From NCBI GenBank assembly GCA_965240325.2, contig OZ251223.1, positions 372,001 through 436,000 on the forward strand: a DNA stretch of 64,000 bases, given 5' to 3'. Positions within the stretch are counted from its first letter, which is position 1. Every line of letters starts with the position of its first letter. Below are positions 11,561 through 22,902 of the stretch, in pieces. A program made the position numbers and the translations under genes. The stretch comes from Rebecca billardiae RCC1528 (taxonomy: Eukaryota; Protista; Haptophyta). Below the pieces are notes generated by a model. The model was not told the origin of the DNA. It was given only the letters and a program-made list of their open reading frames with translations, and ran no database searches.

Positions 11561-12630
11561 CGTACGCACGCGCCCCGCCCGCCCTCGCGCGCGCGCGTGC
11601 GCACCTTCGCCCAGTCGTCCGAGTCCACGCGCTCCAGCAGCCCCGAGCCGTCCATCAGCCGCGTGTACTCCTCGATCGAGATGAAGTACGGGTGCGTCCA
11701 CTCGCCGTACAGGAAGTCGAGCGTGTCGCGCTCGGCGGGGGTGAAGTCGGGCGGCGTCTCGCGCTGGCACCACGTCGCGAAGACCAGCGTGCCGCCCGGC
11801 TTGAGCACGCGCGCCATCTCCTCGACGTACTTCTTCTTGTCCGGCATGTGCTCGCCCGACTCGCACGCCCAGACCATGTCGAACGAGTTGTCGGGGTAGT
11901 CCATCTTGAGCGCGTCCTTGAGCTCGAACTTGGCGTTGGGCACGCCCTGCTCGGCGGCGAGCTCGGTGGCGCGCCGCACCTGCACGTCGGAGATCGTGAT
12001 CCCCGTCACCTGCGCGCCCGGGTACTTCTTCGCCAGGTAGCGCGAGGTGCCGCCGATGCCGCAGCCGACGTCGAGCACCGTCTTGACGCTCGGCATGTCC
12101 GCGCCCGACCACTTGAGCATCTCGTCGATGAAGTCGTACTTGGCCTGGATGAAGTCCTTCTTCTTGTACCCGGCCGCGCGCTCCGCGTCGTTGTAGTAGC
12201 CCAGGTGGATGTGCTCGCCCCAGTAGTACTCGAGGATGCCCTCGGACGACCACGCGTTGTACTCCTCCTGCACCGAGTTGAAGTCCTCGCCCGACTTGTA
12301 TGTCCTCGCCGGCGTGGTGAGGCTGCGCACGAGCCAGGCGGCGAAGCCGAGCAGCGCGGCGGCGACCGAGACGGCCACGGCCGCCGCGCGCGGCGTCGCG
12401 AATGCGCTCGCCAGCATCGAGCTGAGCTGCGGCAGCACCATCACCGCGCTCGCTTGCCGGCCGCTCGCCGCCGCGCGCCGCCGCTGCACGCCCGCCAGCG
12501 GCGCTGCGCTCGGCGCGGCGGCGGTGTGAGATGCGCGCAGGCCGACTGGCCGTGCCACGCGCGGACCGCCGAAGGCGCTGGTCCCCGCCACCAGGCAGGC
12601 CGCGAGCGTGACGGCGAGAGCGCGTCGCAT
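11110..12630 (-). CDS. Plastid-targeted MPBQ/MSBQ methyltransferase, cyanobacterial type (tocopherol methyltransferase superfamily)
   Basis: EGILEYYWGEHIHLGYY, KDFIQAK, VLDVGCGIGGTSR, ESGEHMPDK. Signal peptide ending TSA|F plus transit peptide. Intron 11604-11347. Confidence 0.85.
11503..11570. repeat. (GCAC)n microsatellite in intron
   Basis: ~17 tetranucleotide units. Confidence 0.95.
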
Positions 12631-13042
12631 AATGACGACCGATCCGTCGGTGGTGGATCGGCGAGCTCGAGAGACGCTTCTCGATGAGGCCGCGAGCAAT
12701 AATTCATATCGGAAATGCCGCGCGCGCTGATGAAAATCCAACGGCGATTTATTCGCCAAGCAGGGATTTGTTTTTAACAGCCAATCGTCGTGCCTGTCGT
12801 TCGCGGAGGCGCACCTGCTACGGGTGTCGCCCTCAGCGGCGCGTGCAGCCTCCGAAGAGCCACCCTCGCGCCAGTTCGTATCCCCGCCAACGACGACAGT
12901 GCCACTTGCGAGCGGCCGCCCGCTCGCTGGGCCGCTCACTGGGCGCGCGCGCGCGCACGCAGGCGCAGGGCCGGCATGTTCGCCGTCGTCCGCCCTTCCA
13001 CCGCGCCGCCGCGCGACCGTCTGTCCGCGCTGGCTGCGCCGC

Positions 13043-14566
13043 TCACGAGGCGGCGCGCGGCTTGACGAACGGCCGCGGCTTCTCGTTGCGGATCCAGCGG
13101 CCGAGGAACTCGAGCGACGCGGCGGGCTTGTACTCGGGCACCATGTGCCCGGCGCCGCGGATCGTGAGGAAGGTGAGGCCCCCCTCGTACTCCATCACGT
13201 AGCCGCCCATGCGCTGCCGGCCGTCGAGTGTCCACGGCCGCCAGCGCGCGGACTCGCGCAGGCCGATCGCGCGGGTCCAGTTCTGCGCGGCGAGCGAGTT
13301 GATCGCCGGGTCGGTGTCGCCGTTGTACACGAGCACGCGCAGCCCGGTCTCCCGCGCCACGCGCGCGTAGAAGGGCAGCAGGCTGCGCTCGGTCGAAGTG
13401 TAGTCGAAGCCGTCCGCGTTGTCAAACGAGAAGAAGCGCGAGTCGAGCGGCACGTGCAGCGCGCGGCGCACGGCGGTCTGGTTGACCCAGACGTCCATCG
13501 CGGGGCCGCCGCCGCACGGGTAGTCGTTCAGCGCGCCGCGCGCCGCCGCGCCGAGCCGCGCGCGCTGCGCGTGCCGCGTCGAGAGCGCGCGCCCCGCGTC
13601 GCGCCACGACGCGCGCCGCGGCGGCTGCCGCTCGCGCCGCAGCAGGCCGTTCTGATAGGTGCAGTCGTCGTACAGCGCGTAGGCGAAGTAGCCGCCGGCC
13701 TCCTCGTCCATGCGGTCGAGCGCGCGCGCGCACGCCTCGTCGCGCACGCCGTCGCGCAGCTGCTCGCGCGGGCACACGCGCACGATCTCCTCCCACAGCG
13801 CCTCGGAGAACTGGCCGTGCCCGTGCAAGAATTCGACGAGAAAAAGCGGGCCGTGCGAGTCGCCGCAGAGCACGTCCGTGCCGACGCAGCCGTCGCCGAC
13901 GGCGAAGCCGGCGAGCTTGGGCCCGCGCGCGTGCGGGTGCTTGAGCAGCTCGCGCGCCAGCGTGGGCACGTAGATCCCCGCGTACGACTCGCCCGTCAGG
14001 AACATCTCGCGGCCGTCAAAGTCCGGGAACGCTTTGAAGAAGCTGCGCAGGAACGCGTGCGCCGAGAGCGCGGCGCGCGTGTCGTTCCACGGGCCGCAGC
14101 TGTACGCGTCGCCGGAGGGCCTGTCGCCGCAGTACGAGTAGCCGACGGGCGCCGGCGCGTTGTAGATCAGCACCGAGCCCAGCCGCGTCCACGCCCACGG
14201 GTTGCGGAAGAGCGTGGGCACGCCGCTCTCGTTGAACTCGCGCGTGTGCAGCGAGGCCTCGCTGAGGTAGAGCGGGCCGAGCTCGACGAGCAGGCCGAAC
14301 ATCGAGCTCGCGCCCGGCCCGCCGTTCGTCCAGACGATCAGCGGGTCCTTCTCCGGGTCGTTCTCGCTCTCGAGCAGCCAGTAGTGCGTGTGGATGGGCG
14401 TCTGCTCGCCCGGCGGCGTGCCGTCGAGGAAGCCAGACCAGCAGCGCGACGGCAGCGGGCCGGACCAGCCGGGGAGGGCTGTGACCTCGTCCGCGGACAT
14501 GTCAGGCGCGCGCGTGGCGCCCACTGGCGCGAGCGCTGCAAGCAGCGCCCCCGCGGCGAGGCGCAT
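13043..14566 (-). CDS. Secreted serine carboxypeptidase (S10)
   Basis: Signal peptide; WTNGGPGASS, GESYAGIYVP, YNGDTD, AGHMVP. Confidence 0.93.
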   Translation of the reverse strand: MRLAAGALLAALAPVGATRAPDMSADEVTALPGWSGPLPSRCWSGFLDGTPPGEQTPIHTHYWLLESENDPEKDPLIVWTNGGPGASSMFGLLVELGPLYLSEASLHTREFNESGVPTLFRNPWAWTRLGSVLIYNAPAPVGYSYCGDRPSGDAYSCGPWNDTRAALSAHAFLRSFFKAFPDFDGREMFLTGESYAGIYVPTLARELLKHPHARGPKLAGFAVGDGCVGTDVLCGDSHGPLFLVEFLHGHGQFSEALWEEIVRVCPREQLRDGVRDEACARALDRMDEEAGGYFAYALYDDCTYQNGLLRRERQPPRRASWRDAGRALSTRHAQRARLGAAARGALNDYPCGGGPAMDVWVNQTAVRRALHVPLDSRFFSFDNADGFDYTSTERSLLPFYARVARETGLRVLVYNGDTDPAINSLAAQNWTRAIGLRESARWRPWTLDGRQRMGGYVMEYEGGLTFLTIRGAGHMVPEYKPAASLEFLGRWIRNEKPRPFVKPRAAS

Positions 14567-14837
14567 GATCGATCGCCGGCAGTCGCCGAGGGCGGCACGG
14601 CAAGAACTGCGCCGGACCCTGCCCAGGCCGGACGAGCCGGAGCCCCTGCTCACCAGGACACACGCGGCCGGGCGTAACACAACGAAGCATTCGAGACGAT
14701 TCGCCCACGCAACGCAGCCAGCGCATCTCCGGGCGGGAGGCAACTGTCCGATGGCGGCTGGCGCCGACGGGGGTGGCGGGGCAATGTGCCCGCCCACCGC
14801 GCCCTCGCAGCAGCCAGAGACGCCCAAGGCGATAGCG

Positions 14838-16233
14838 ATGACCCGGTTCAACCGAGGAGTCCTCTTCGGCTCGCTCGCCGTCTTCACCCTCGTCAGCGGC
14901 TTCGCGTCCACATTCCCGTTCATGCATGCGCGCCGTGATGAGCTCGGCTGCACGGCCACGTGCATCGGCTTCACCACCTCGCTGTCGTCCCTGCTCCGGC
15001 TGGTGGGCGCGATGCTTGTCGGCCGGCTGAGCGACAGCGTCGGCAGACGACCCATGCTCTGGCTCGGCTTCCTCGGCTGCGCCCTCTCCCTCGCCATCTC
15101 GGCCGGGACCGACTCGATCGAGGGCCTTTACCTGAGCCTCGTGCCCTCGTCCCTCCTCAACCACACGGGCAGCGTGCTCAAGGCGCTGTTCGCCGACTAC
15201 GCGGCGGACGCGGGGGTGGACGAGGCCACGCGCGCCTCGGCGATGGGCAAGCTCGGCATGGCGCTCGGCGTCTCGCTGATGGTCGGGCCGGTGCTCGCGT
15301 CCGCGTTTGCGACGTCGTACAAAGAGGCCGTGGCGGTGAGCGCGACCACCACCAGCTTCGCCGCGGTGTTCCTCGCGCTGCTGCCGGCGCCGCGCACGAT
15401 CGTGCCCAGCGCGGACGCGAAGCCGGGGGGCAAGGGCGCCGCCGCCGCCGCCGGCGGCGGCCTCGCCTTCCTCCGCCGCTTCTTCGACCCGCGCACGGTG
15501 CAGAGCGGCGGCGCGCGCCTCATCCTCGCCATCCGCTTCTTTGCCGGGATGGCCTTTCACGTCTTCCAGGTCGTGTGGCCCGCGTCGCTCAAGAGCCGGT
15601 TCGACTTCGGGCCGAGCGACCACGGCGTCTTCATGGCCGTCGTCGGCTTCTCGTACGCGCTCTCCCAAGGCGTGATCGCCAAGATGCTCATCAAGCGCTT
15701 CGAAGGTGCGGCGCGCGCTCGCGCGCGCTCGCGAGCGCGCAGCGCGACCCGCGCCGGGCCGTCCGCGCCGGGCCGTCCGCGCGCGCATCGCCAGCTCACG
15801 CGCCCGCCCGCGCTGCGCGCACCGTGCAGCGCGGCCGGCCGGGTTGGTGATGAGCTGCATCCTCCTGCTGGGCCTGGGCCGGCCCATCGCGCTGTGGACC
15901 TCCGACGTGCGCGTGGTGTACTGCTGCTTCTGCGCAATGGTGGTCGCGCTGGGCGTGCTCAACACCCTCATCTCGTCTGCGTGCGCGCGGCTGGCGTCGG
16001 GCGACCTGCTCGGCGGGCTCTTCGGCATGGTGGACGCCGTGGAGAACTGCACGGGGATCATCGGCCCGGTCGTCGGCGGCATCGTCGCCAGGCACGGCGA
16101 GCACATGCCCATCTCCGTCGTCGTCGCCTGCTACATGCTCAACTTCCTGCTCGTGCTCGCGTTCTACAGGAAGCATGTGGTGCTCGCGCCGAGCGCGCAG
16201 ACGGCGTCGGACGCGGCGAAGAAGACCAACTAG
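14838..16233 (+). CDS. MFS transporter (DHA1/TetA-like)
   Basis: Motif A GRLSDSVGRR; ~12 hydrophobic segments; intron 15706-15829 joins the two ORFs. Confidence 0.88.
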
Positions 16234-16763
16234 GGCGCGAGGCTCAGAGCCGCGCTTCGGCTTCCGCGCCGCGCGCGTCATCACGAGCGGACTTCGCCGC
16301 TCATAGCAGTGTCCAGGCCTGGTGGCAGGCTTGCCGCCAGGGGTAGGTGAAGGCCGTCATCGCGGTCACAATGGCGTTGCCCGTGCCCGTGCCCTGGATG
16401 GCCGCCATGGGCATTATTCAATTATTGCGACGTCGGAATCGTCACAGCAGGCTACGACTGGTCATGATACAGTTTCAATGTACATTCAGGATGCGTGTAT
16501 CCCGGGGATGAACGTGATGCTGATTTGACAGTGACGATGCTGATTAGCTAGACTACCTTCTGAGCTTCGGCAGAGTACGAGGCGCGACACGCCACTCCAA
16601 CACTGCGCGGAGCCAGTGCCGCCGCGGGCGGTGCAGACGATGATTCATCGGTCACTGCGACGGGCCGCAGCGGCGAGACCATGGCAGCTGCAGCGTAAGG
16701 TCTGCACGTTGCCACGCGCCAGAACTCGCAATGCGTGCTGCTGGGCGGCGTGCAATCCGCAGT

Positions 16764-16807
16764 CTCCGACGGGCCGCATGCCACGCTCCGACGGGCCGCA
16801 TGCCACG
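16764..16807. repeat. 22-bp exact tandem duplication
   Basis: ctccgacgggccgcatgccacg x2. Confidence 0.9.
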
Positions 16808-16967
16808 CAGGAGAGCGCCGTCGGGATCTGACACTGAGGGTGTCACGCCTTGCCCCTCAGAAGCGCCACGATCGAATAGTCCGGGTGGCGCTCTGCCGCT
16901 TGCCCGGCGGCGCACATGGTCAAGCGGTATCGTTCGAGTGCGCCCGCATCGTGCGCGCCGTGTGACC

Positions 16968-17330
16968 CTACAATTGCGCTTTGAAGAAGGCCTGCTCTTT
17001 GAACCACATCGCCGAGAACTCGATGATGTCCTCAGCCGTCTTTGGCCGGGCTTTTCGGATCGCCTTTGTGTACTCGTTGAGCACCTCCGGGAGGGACGGC
17101 GGAATCATGGTCTGTAGCCTGGTGTCATTCGAGTCGGGGAACCTGTGTGTGTTCTTATGGATGCCCTGGCTGAACACGGTCTCGCCAAGCGCCAGCTTGG
17201 TGTCCATCGTGAGCCCGAAACTGACGACAGGTGTGGGGCCCCCCGCAAACACCCCGGCCCCGACCGACCCAAGCCTACGAAATAACGAAACCGGCCGTTC
17301 CGGATCGATTTCCGGCCTCTCATTCAGCAT
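16968..17330 (-). CDS. Small RIIa dimerization/docking-domain protein (ropporin/radial-spoke type); 5' structure uncertain
   Basis: IPPSLPEVLNEYTKAIRKARP..EDIIEFSAMWF fits the RIIa D/D pattern (core 16968-17108). Confidence 0.65.
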   Translation of the reverse strand: MLNERPEIDPERPVSLFRRLGSVGAGVFAGGPTPVVSFGLTMDTKLALGETVFSQGIHKNTHRFPDSNDTRLQTMIPPSLPEVLNEYTKAIRKARPKTAEDIIEFSAMWFKEQAFFKAQL

Positions 17331-17440
17331 GGCGGCGGGGTCCACGAGCTAGTGCTCGCGACTCCTCAGTGACCACCGAGCGACAATGCCAGATTCGTCC
17401 TCGCCGCGGGCATCGCGCGCCCACGGCAAGGGCGCGATCG

Positions 17441-20400
17441 TCACTGCGGCCAGCTGAGCATGCGCTGCAGGGCGCCGATGACCGCGCCGTCTGTTGCACG
17501 CGCGCGGCGCGTGCCCACCGCGGCGACCGCCGTCGCGCGCGCGTCATCCTCCGCGTCCTCAAAGTCGCCGCCGTCGACGCGCTGCCGCAGCAGGTGCGTC
17601 TCGCGCCGCGTGTCGTTCACCGCGATCAGTAGCGTGTCCACCCTGCGCCCCACGTTGTCCAGCTGGTTGCCGAGCGCGCGCACCGTCCGCATCACGGCAT
17701 CGAGCTGCGCGGCGTTCTCGGCCGCGATGCGCGCGCCCTCGGCGGCGGAGGCGAGCGCGGCGTGGTCGTGGTCGGCGCTCCCGCGGCGCGAGTTCGGGCT
17801 GCCCGCGTTGAGGTTGCGGTGGATGCTCTGCATCCGGCGCACAGTGCGCTGGAACCCGCAGTCCTGCTGCGTGCGCGCAAAGTCGCCGCGCCGGTCCTCG
17901 AAGCCGTACTTATCCATCAGCTTGCACACCGAGTCAAAGAGCAGCTCCCGGACTTGTAGCCGGTCGAGCTCGGTGGTCTCGCCGCGGCTGCAGCGCTTCT
18001 GCATCAGCCGGCACGCCTCGAGCTTCTCGTGCCGCTCCGACGTGTGCTGGTACAGGTACGTCACGGGCACGTACAGCGAGCGCCGGGACTTGACCATCAT
18101 GCAAGTCACGCACATGTCCAGCAGCTGCCGCGTGTCCACCACCTGGTCGCCGCGCCGGTCGAGCTCGATCAGCCGCCAGCGGATCATCGCGAGCAGCCCG
18201 ATGAGCACGAGGTCGTTCTCGCCCGAGCGGTACTCCTTGTGCCGCACCGCCGCGCGCGGCTGCACGCGCCCGCCGCGCACCACCCGGCAGGACACGCCAA
18301 ACGTCATCACGGCGTCGACACTCAAGACGATGCCTTCCGCTGCGCGCGGCGCGTGCGGGCGCGCGCGCGCCGCACGTGCGCGCGCGCCGGGCGGGCGCGC
18401 GCGGGCAGCGGCGCGAGAGGGGGCACGCGCGTGAGACGGCGGCTCGCGCGGGACCGCGCGGGACGCGCGGATGTGGCTGCGGCTGTGACGTGCGCCGCGC
18501 CGGGTGGTGTGCCGCGCGCGCGCGCACCCGGCAGCAGCAGCTGGTCCGCCTCCTTGAGATAGTACGTGACGTCTCGCGAGAGCGCGAGTCTCCGCACCTC
18601 CGTCTCGATCGTGAGCCCCGACGAGTTGCACCGCTTCAAGCCGGTGCCGCTCTGGTAGGTCTCGTCGCGGTCCTGGTCGGTCTCGGCGAAGCAGAAGACG
18701 GTGTCGTGCTGCCGCAGCTCGATCGGCTCCTGCACACCGCTCACGTGCAGCTTGTACATCCCGACTTCGACAACACGAGACCAGGTCCAGCCGCCCACCA
18801 CCGACGAGAGTGGCATGCCCTGCACGCCGCCGAGCGCGGCCGAGCCCTTGTGCGGCGAGGAGAAGCTGTGAAGCTGGTCGTAGTCGACGCCCTGCTGCTT
18901 CTTCTCGGCGACCTTCACCTCGATGTAGTACTCGTTCAGTATCGCTGCGCGCGCAGTGGGCGCGCGCGGCTCGGCTCAGCGCGCGCGGCTGCACCGTGCG
19001 CGCAGCCGCGGTCGCAGACCCGCGTGGCGCGGCCGCGGCGGTCGCGCGCGCACCGATGAAGACGTTGATGAGCACGAGCACGCCCGCGACGGCGTACGTG
19101 AGGAAGAAGAGCGGCGCGAGCACCGGGTTCGCGCGGCGCAGCTCCTCGTACTCGACGTCGCCCACCATGAAGCGCATGCAAGTTGAGATCGACTCCATCG
19201 GCGAGTGGAACGCGCCCATCATCGGCCCGAACGCAAAGTGGCCCACGATCGCGAAGGAGACGAGGAGGAGGACGAAGATGAGGAGGAAGGAGGCGAGGTC
19301 GCCGCTCGCCTTGCTCATCACGTCGAAGATCACCATCATCGCCGAGTCGAGCTTGAGGTACTTGAACATCTTGAAGACGCAGAGCAGCACCGTCCACGCC
19401 ATCGTCGTCATCAGCGAGTGGTAGGTGACGGGTACAGACGTGATGTCCTCGGTGCGCCACGTGTCCTCGGCCATCCCGCGGCGGTGGACGAGGAGGAAGC
19501 GGATGTACATCACGAGGAACGTGATCGTCGACGCCGAGATCAGCAGCTCGCACACGTTGAAGAAGTCCGTCACCCACGAGCGCCCGACGCGCATCCAGTC
19601 CTTGAGCATCTTGACCGTGTAATAGAAAATCATCGAATACACGAGCAGGTCGAGGATGACGTACGACCAGTCGCGCGGGTTGTCCATGTGGTACATGCGC
19701 GCCTTGACGGAGGAGATGAGCACCGAGTTCATCACGTTGCCCGTCATCGAGTACTCGAACATCACGCGCACCGTCGTGAGCAGGTTCGACCGGCGGTTGA
19801 GGATGTTGACCGTGAACGCAATCGCGACCGTGTTGCCGTCGACAAAGTCGGCCGTCTGCAGCTCGTCGACGATGTGGTCGAAGAGGGTGCGGTTGTTGGT
19901 GGGCAGCTTCTTGAGGTAGCCGCTGACGCCGTAGTCCGCGTACCCCAGCGGCTTCTGCCACGAGTTGCGCAGGAACGAGAACGTGTTCGCGTGGTGCTTG
20001 AAGCATGGCGAGGCGCCCGCCCACACGGGCCAGCCGGTCTCCGGATCGGTCGCCTCGCAGGCAGCCCAGCGCGCGCTGTCCTCGGCGGCCGTGCCGTTGG
20101 CCCAGCCGGCGGGGTAGTCGGACGTGTCGAAGTTGAAGTGGCCGGGCAGCGACGCGTGCCTGTGCACCGGCCGGTTGCGCAGCATCCGCAGCTGCAGGTC
20201 GCCCGGGTCGCCGACGTGTTCGTGCAGCCCGTACAACGCGTCGGCGTAGTCGTCGCGCAGCCACGCCCACATGTCCTCGACGGACTTGACCTCGTTGAAG
20301 TCGGAGTTGGCGTCGAGGCCGGCCTGCTCCAGGTCGAGCACCTCCTTCAGCACCTCGCTCGTCTCCCAGCACTCGTGGATCTCGGGCGAGTGCAGCAGCA

Positions 20401-20746
20401 GCAGCACGATCAGCCCCACCAGGAAGATCGTGAAGAGCGTGAGCTCGCGGTAGAAGATGAGGCGGCGCTGCGAGTGGACGAGCTGGATGGCGAAGCGGAT
20501 CGGCAGCACCGTCTTGCGCGACAGCGCGCGCTCGGCCTGCCGGTGCTTGCGCAGTCGCTGCAGGCACTTGGAGAGCTGCTTGCACGCACGCCACTCGGCC
20601 GGCGAAAGCGCGTTGCGCCGGCGCGCTGACGAGCCCCGCGGCGAGCTGAGCTCGGAGGGCAAGTACGTCGAGGGCAGCAGCTTGCGCACCTCTTGCCTCG
20701 CCGTGCCCACCGCTGGGAGATTCCGGCGGAGCGAGGCCGTCGACAT
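17441..20746 (-). CDS. PKD2: Polycystin-2 / TRPP-like cation channel
   Basis: S1, TOP domain (DMWAWL, YGVSGY, FVDGNT), FKMFKYL, FAIVGHFAFG, GDVEYEELRRANPVLAPLFF, LINVFIAILNEYY after splicing. Introns 19053-18945 and 18527-18340. Confidence 0.87.
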   Translation of the reverse strand: MSTASLRRNLPAVGTARQEVRKLLPSTYLPSELSSPRGSSARRRNALSPAEWRACKQLSKCLQRLRKHRQAERALSRKTVLPIRFAIQLVHSQRRLIFYRELTLFTIFLVGLIVLLLLHSPEIHECWETSEVLKEVLDLEQAGLDANSDFNEVKSVEDMWAWLRDDYADALYGLHEHVGDPGDLQLRMLRNRPVHRHASLPGHFNFDTSDYPAGWANGTAAEDSARWAACEATDPETGWPVWAGASPCFKHHANTFSFLRNSWQKPLGYADYGVSGYLKKLPTNNRTLFDHIVDELQTADFVDGNTVAIAFTVNILNRRSNLLTTVRVMFEYSMTGNVMNSVLISSVKARMYHMDNPRDWSYVILDLLVYSMIFYYTVKMLKDWMRVGRSWVTDFFNVCELLISASTITFLVMYIRFLLVHRRGMAEDTWRTEDITSVPVTYHSLMTTMAWTVLLCVFKMFKYLKLDSAMMVIFDVMSKASGDLASFLLIFVLLLVSFAIVGHFAFGPMMGAFHSPMESISTCMRFMVGDVEYEELRRANPVLAPLFFLTYAVAGVLVLINVFIGARATAAAAPRGSATAAARTVQPRALSRAARAHCARSDTERVLHRGEGRREEAAGRRLRPASQLLLAAQGLGRARRRAGHATLVGGGRLDLVSCCRSRDVQAARERCAGADRAAAARHRLLLRRDRPGPRRDLPERHRLEAVQLVGAHDRDGGAETRALARRHVLSQGGGPAAAAGCARARHTTRRGARHSRSHIRASRAVPREPPSHARAPSRAAARARPPGARARAARARPHAPRAAEGIVLSVDAVMTFGVSCRVVRGGRVQPRAAVRHKEYRSGENDLVLIGLLAMIRWRLIELDRRGDQVVDTRQLLDMCVTCMMVKSRRSLYVPVTYLYQHTSERHEKLEACRLMQKRCSRGETTELDRLQVRELLFDSVCKLMDKYGFEDRRGDFARTQQDCGFQRTVRRMQSIHRNLNAGSPNSRRGSADHDHAALASAAEGARIAAENAAQLDAVMRTVRALGNQLDNVGRRVDTLLIAVNDTRRETHLLRQRVDGGDFEDAEDDARATAVAAVGTRRARATDGAVIGALQRMLSWPQ

Positions 20747-20875
20747 CGGCCGCGTGCGCGCGCTCGCGTCGCGTCCGGGCAATGACAACCGAGGGCACCG
20801 GCCCGCGCGCGCCGCGCGGCGCGTGTGCGGCACTCGTCCGGCCCGGGCGGTGCATCAAAGAGGCGCAATGGCCGC

Positions 20876-22597
20876 ATGAGAGCGTCGGCCCGAGCTGGAC
20901 TAGTGGCCGCGACGCTCTGGCGGCTGACCGCGGGGCTGGCCGCGATGGCGGACGCGGGCGCGGCGCTTCGCATCGACCCGCACCTGCGCAGCGTGTGCTG
21001 CTCGGCCTGCGGCGGCTTGGGCATGCGCGCCGCGCGCTCGCGGAAAGCGCAACGCGCCGCAGCTGGCGGGAAGGTCCCGACCGCGCCGTGCAAGGCGTGC
21101 AACGGCGACGGCGTGGTGGAGAACGTGCATCGGGCCGCTCGGCTCGCCGACGCGCCTCGCGAGCAGGCTGAGCTGGCGGACGACCGTCCCCTCGTCGCCG
21201 TCATTGGCGGAGGGATCGCTGGCGCGGCCGCCGCGCTCGGCCTGCAGCAGCGGGGCGTGCGCGCGCTCGTGTTCGAGAAGGACGGGTGCTTCGACGAGCG
21301 CTCGCAGGGGTACGCGCTCACACTCCAGCAGGGCCACGCCGCCCTTCGCCGCTTCGGCATCTCGCTGGCGGACGAGGGCGTCGTGCCCGCCGCGCACATG
21401 TCGTTCAGCGCGGACGGCCGGCAGCTCGGCCGTTTCGGCGACGGCCGACGGCGCGCGGCGGCAGACGCGAGCGCGGCGGCAGGCGCGGCGTGCGCGCCGG
21501 CGTGCGCGCCGGCCGTCGCGGATGCCGACGCGGCCGCGCGCGCCGTCGCCGCCGCGCGCGTGCGCCGGGGCCGCAGCAACCTCATCATCCCGCGGCAGCG
21601 GCTGCGCGGCGCGCTGCTCGACGAGCTCGCGCCCGGCACCGTGCGTTGGGGGCACGCGCTTGCTGGGTGCGAGGAGCTGGCTGACGGCCGGGTGCGGCTG
21701 CGCTTCGCCCGGCGGGCTGAGGCGGGCGGTGGCGAGCTCGCCGTCCACGCCGCGCTCGCCGTCGGCGCCGACGGCATCTGGTCCGCCACGCGCGCCGCGC
21801 GCGCCGCGCCCGCGGGCGGCGGCCCGCAGCCCTTCCACTACTTGGGGCTATGTGTGGTACTGGGGCGCGCGCGCTGCTCGCACGCGCACGCGCGCGGGGA
21901 GCACATCTGGGAGGTGCTCGACGGGCGCGCGCGGCTGTACGCCATGCCGTTCGGCGCGGGCGGCGACGCCGCCGACGCCGGGCCGGTCACGATGTGGCAG
22001 CTCTCAGTGCCGATGCCGCTCGAGCGCGCGCGAGCGCTCGCGGCCGCGGGCCCGCGCGCGCTGCTCGCCGCGGCCATTGAGGTCTGTGCGGGGTGGTGCG
22101 CGCCCGCGCCCGAGCTCGTGCGCGCCACCTCGGCCGAGGACGTGACAGGGTACCCGGCGTTCGACCGGCCGCTCCCGCGCGCCGACGAGCTGCGCCCGCC
22201 CGGCTCGCGCGTCGCGCTCATCGGCGACGCCGTGCACCCGATGTCGCCCTTTAAGGGGCAGGGTGCGAACCAGGCTTTGCTCGACGGCCTCGGGCTGGCG
22301 CGCGCGATCGGGCGGTCGCGCGAGTTCGGCGCGCCGACGGCGTCGAGGCTGGCGCCCGCGGTCGAGCTCGAGGGCGCGCTGCGCGCGATGGAGGCGGAGA
22401 TGCTGCGCCGCGCCGAGCTCAAGGTGCGCGCGTCGGCGGAAGCGGCAGCGTTCCTCCATTCGCCCAGCGCGCTCGCCGCGGGCAACTTCACGCGCGCGCA
22501 CGTGGCGGCGACCGATGCGGCGGCCAAGCGGCCTGCCGCCGAGATCTCCGCCGCCGATGGCGCGGATGACTCGCAATCCGAGGATGCGGCGGACTGA
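20876..22597 (+). CDS. FAD-dependent monooxygenase with N-terminal CxxCxGxG zinc-finger pair
   Basis: CSACGGLG...CKACNGDG; VAVIGGGIAG, GADGIWS, IGDAVHPMSPFKGQGANQALLD. Confidence 0.87.
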   Translation: MRASARAGLVAATLWRLTAGLAAMADAGAALRIDPHLRSVCCSACGGLGMRAARSRKAQRAAAGGKVPTAPCKACNGDGVVENVHRAARLADAPREQAELADDRPLVAVIGGGIAGAAAALGLQQRGVRALVFEKDGCFDERSQGYALTLQQGHAALRRFGISLADEGVVPAAHMSFSADGRQLGRFGDGRRRAAADASAAAGAACAPACAPAVADADAAARAVAAARVRRGRSNLIIPRQRLRGALLDELAPGTVRWGHALAGCEELADGRVRLRFARRAEAGGGELAVHAALAVGADGIWSATRAARAAPAGGGPQPFHYLGLCVVLGRARCSHAHARGEHIWEVLDGRARLYAMPFGAGGDAADAGPVTMWQLSVPMPLERARALAAAGPRALLAAAIEVCAGWCAPAPELVRATSAEDVTGYPAFDRPLPRADELRPPGSRVALIGDAVHPMSPFKGQGANQALLDGLGLARAIGRSREFGAPTASRLAPAVELEGALRAMEAEMLRRAELKVRASAEAAAFLHSPSALAAGNFTRAHVAATDAAAKRPAAEISAADGADDSQSEDAAD

Positions 22598-22902
22598 CGC
22601 CGAGGTGCTTCGTGCGCAGCCGCATGATGGTCGTCGCGCTGACCCCGGCGGGCCCGCGGCGGGGCGGCACATCGTCAGGCGCCTCAGGCGGCGTGCGAGC
22701 TGCTCCTAAAATTTCAGACAACGAGCTGTGCTGAGCTCATGCACTGATATATGCTGAATTGCTGATGACTGACGACTACTCAGTAGGAGCGAGGCGGGAT
22801 TGAGGCGCGAGCGGCGAAGACTCCGCAGAGTCCGCCTCCGCCCGCTGCTGCCGCGCCGGACCGGCGCCGCCGGTGGCGCTCGCACAGCCCCGCTCGATGA
22901 GC

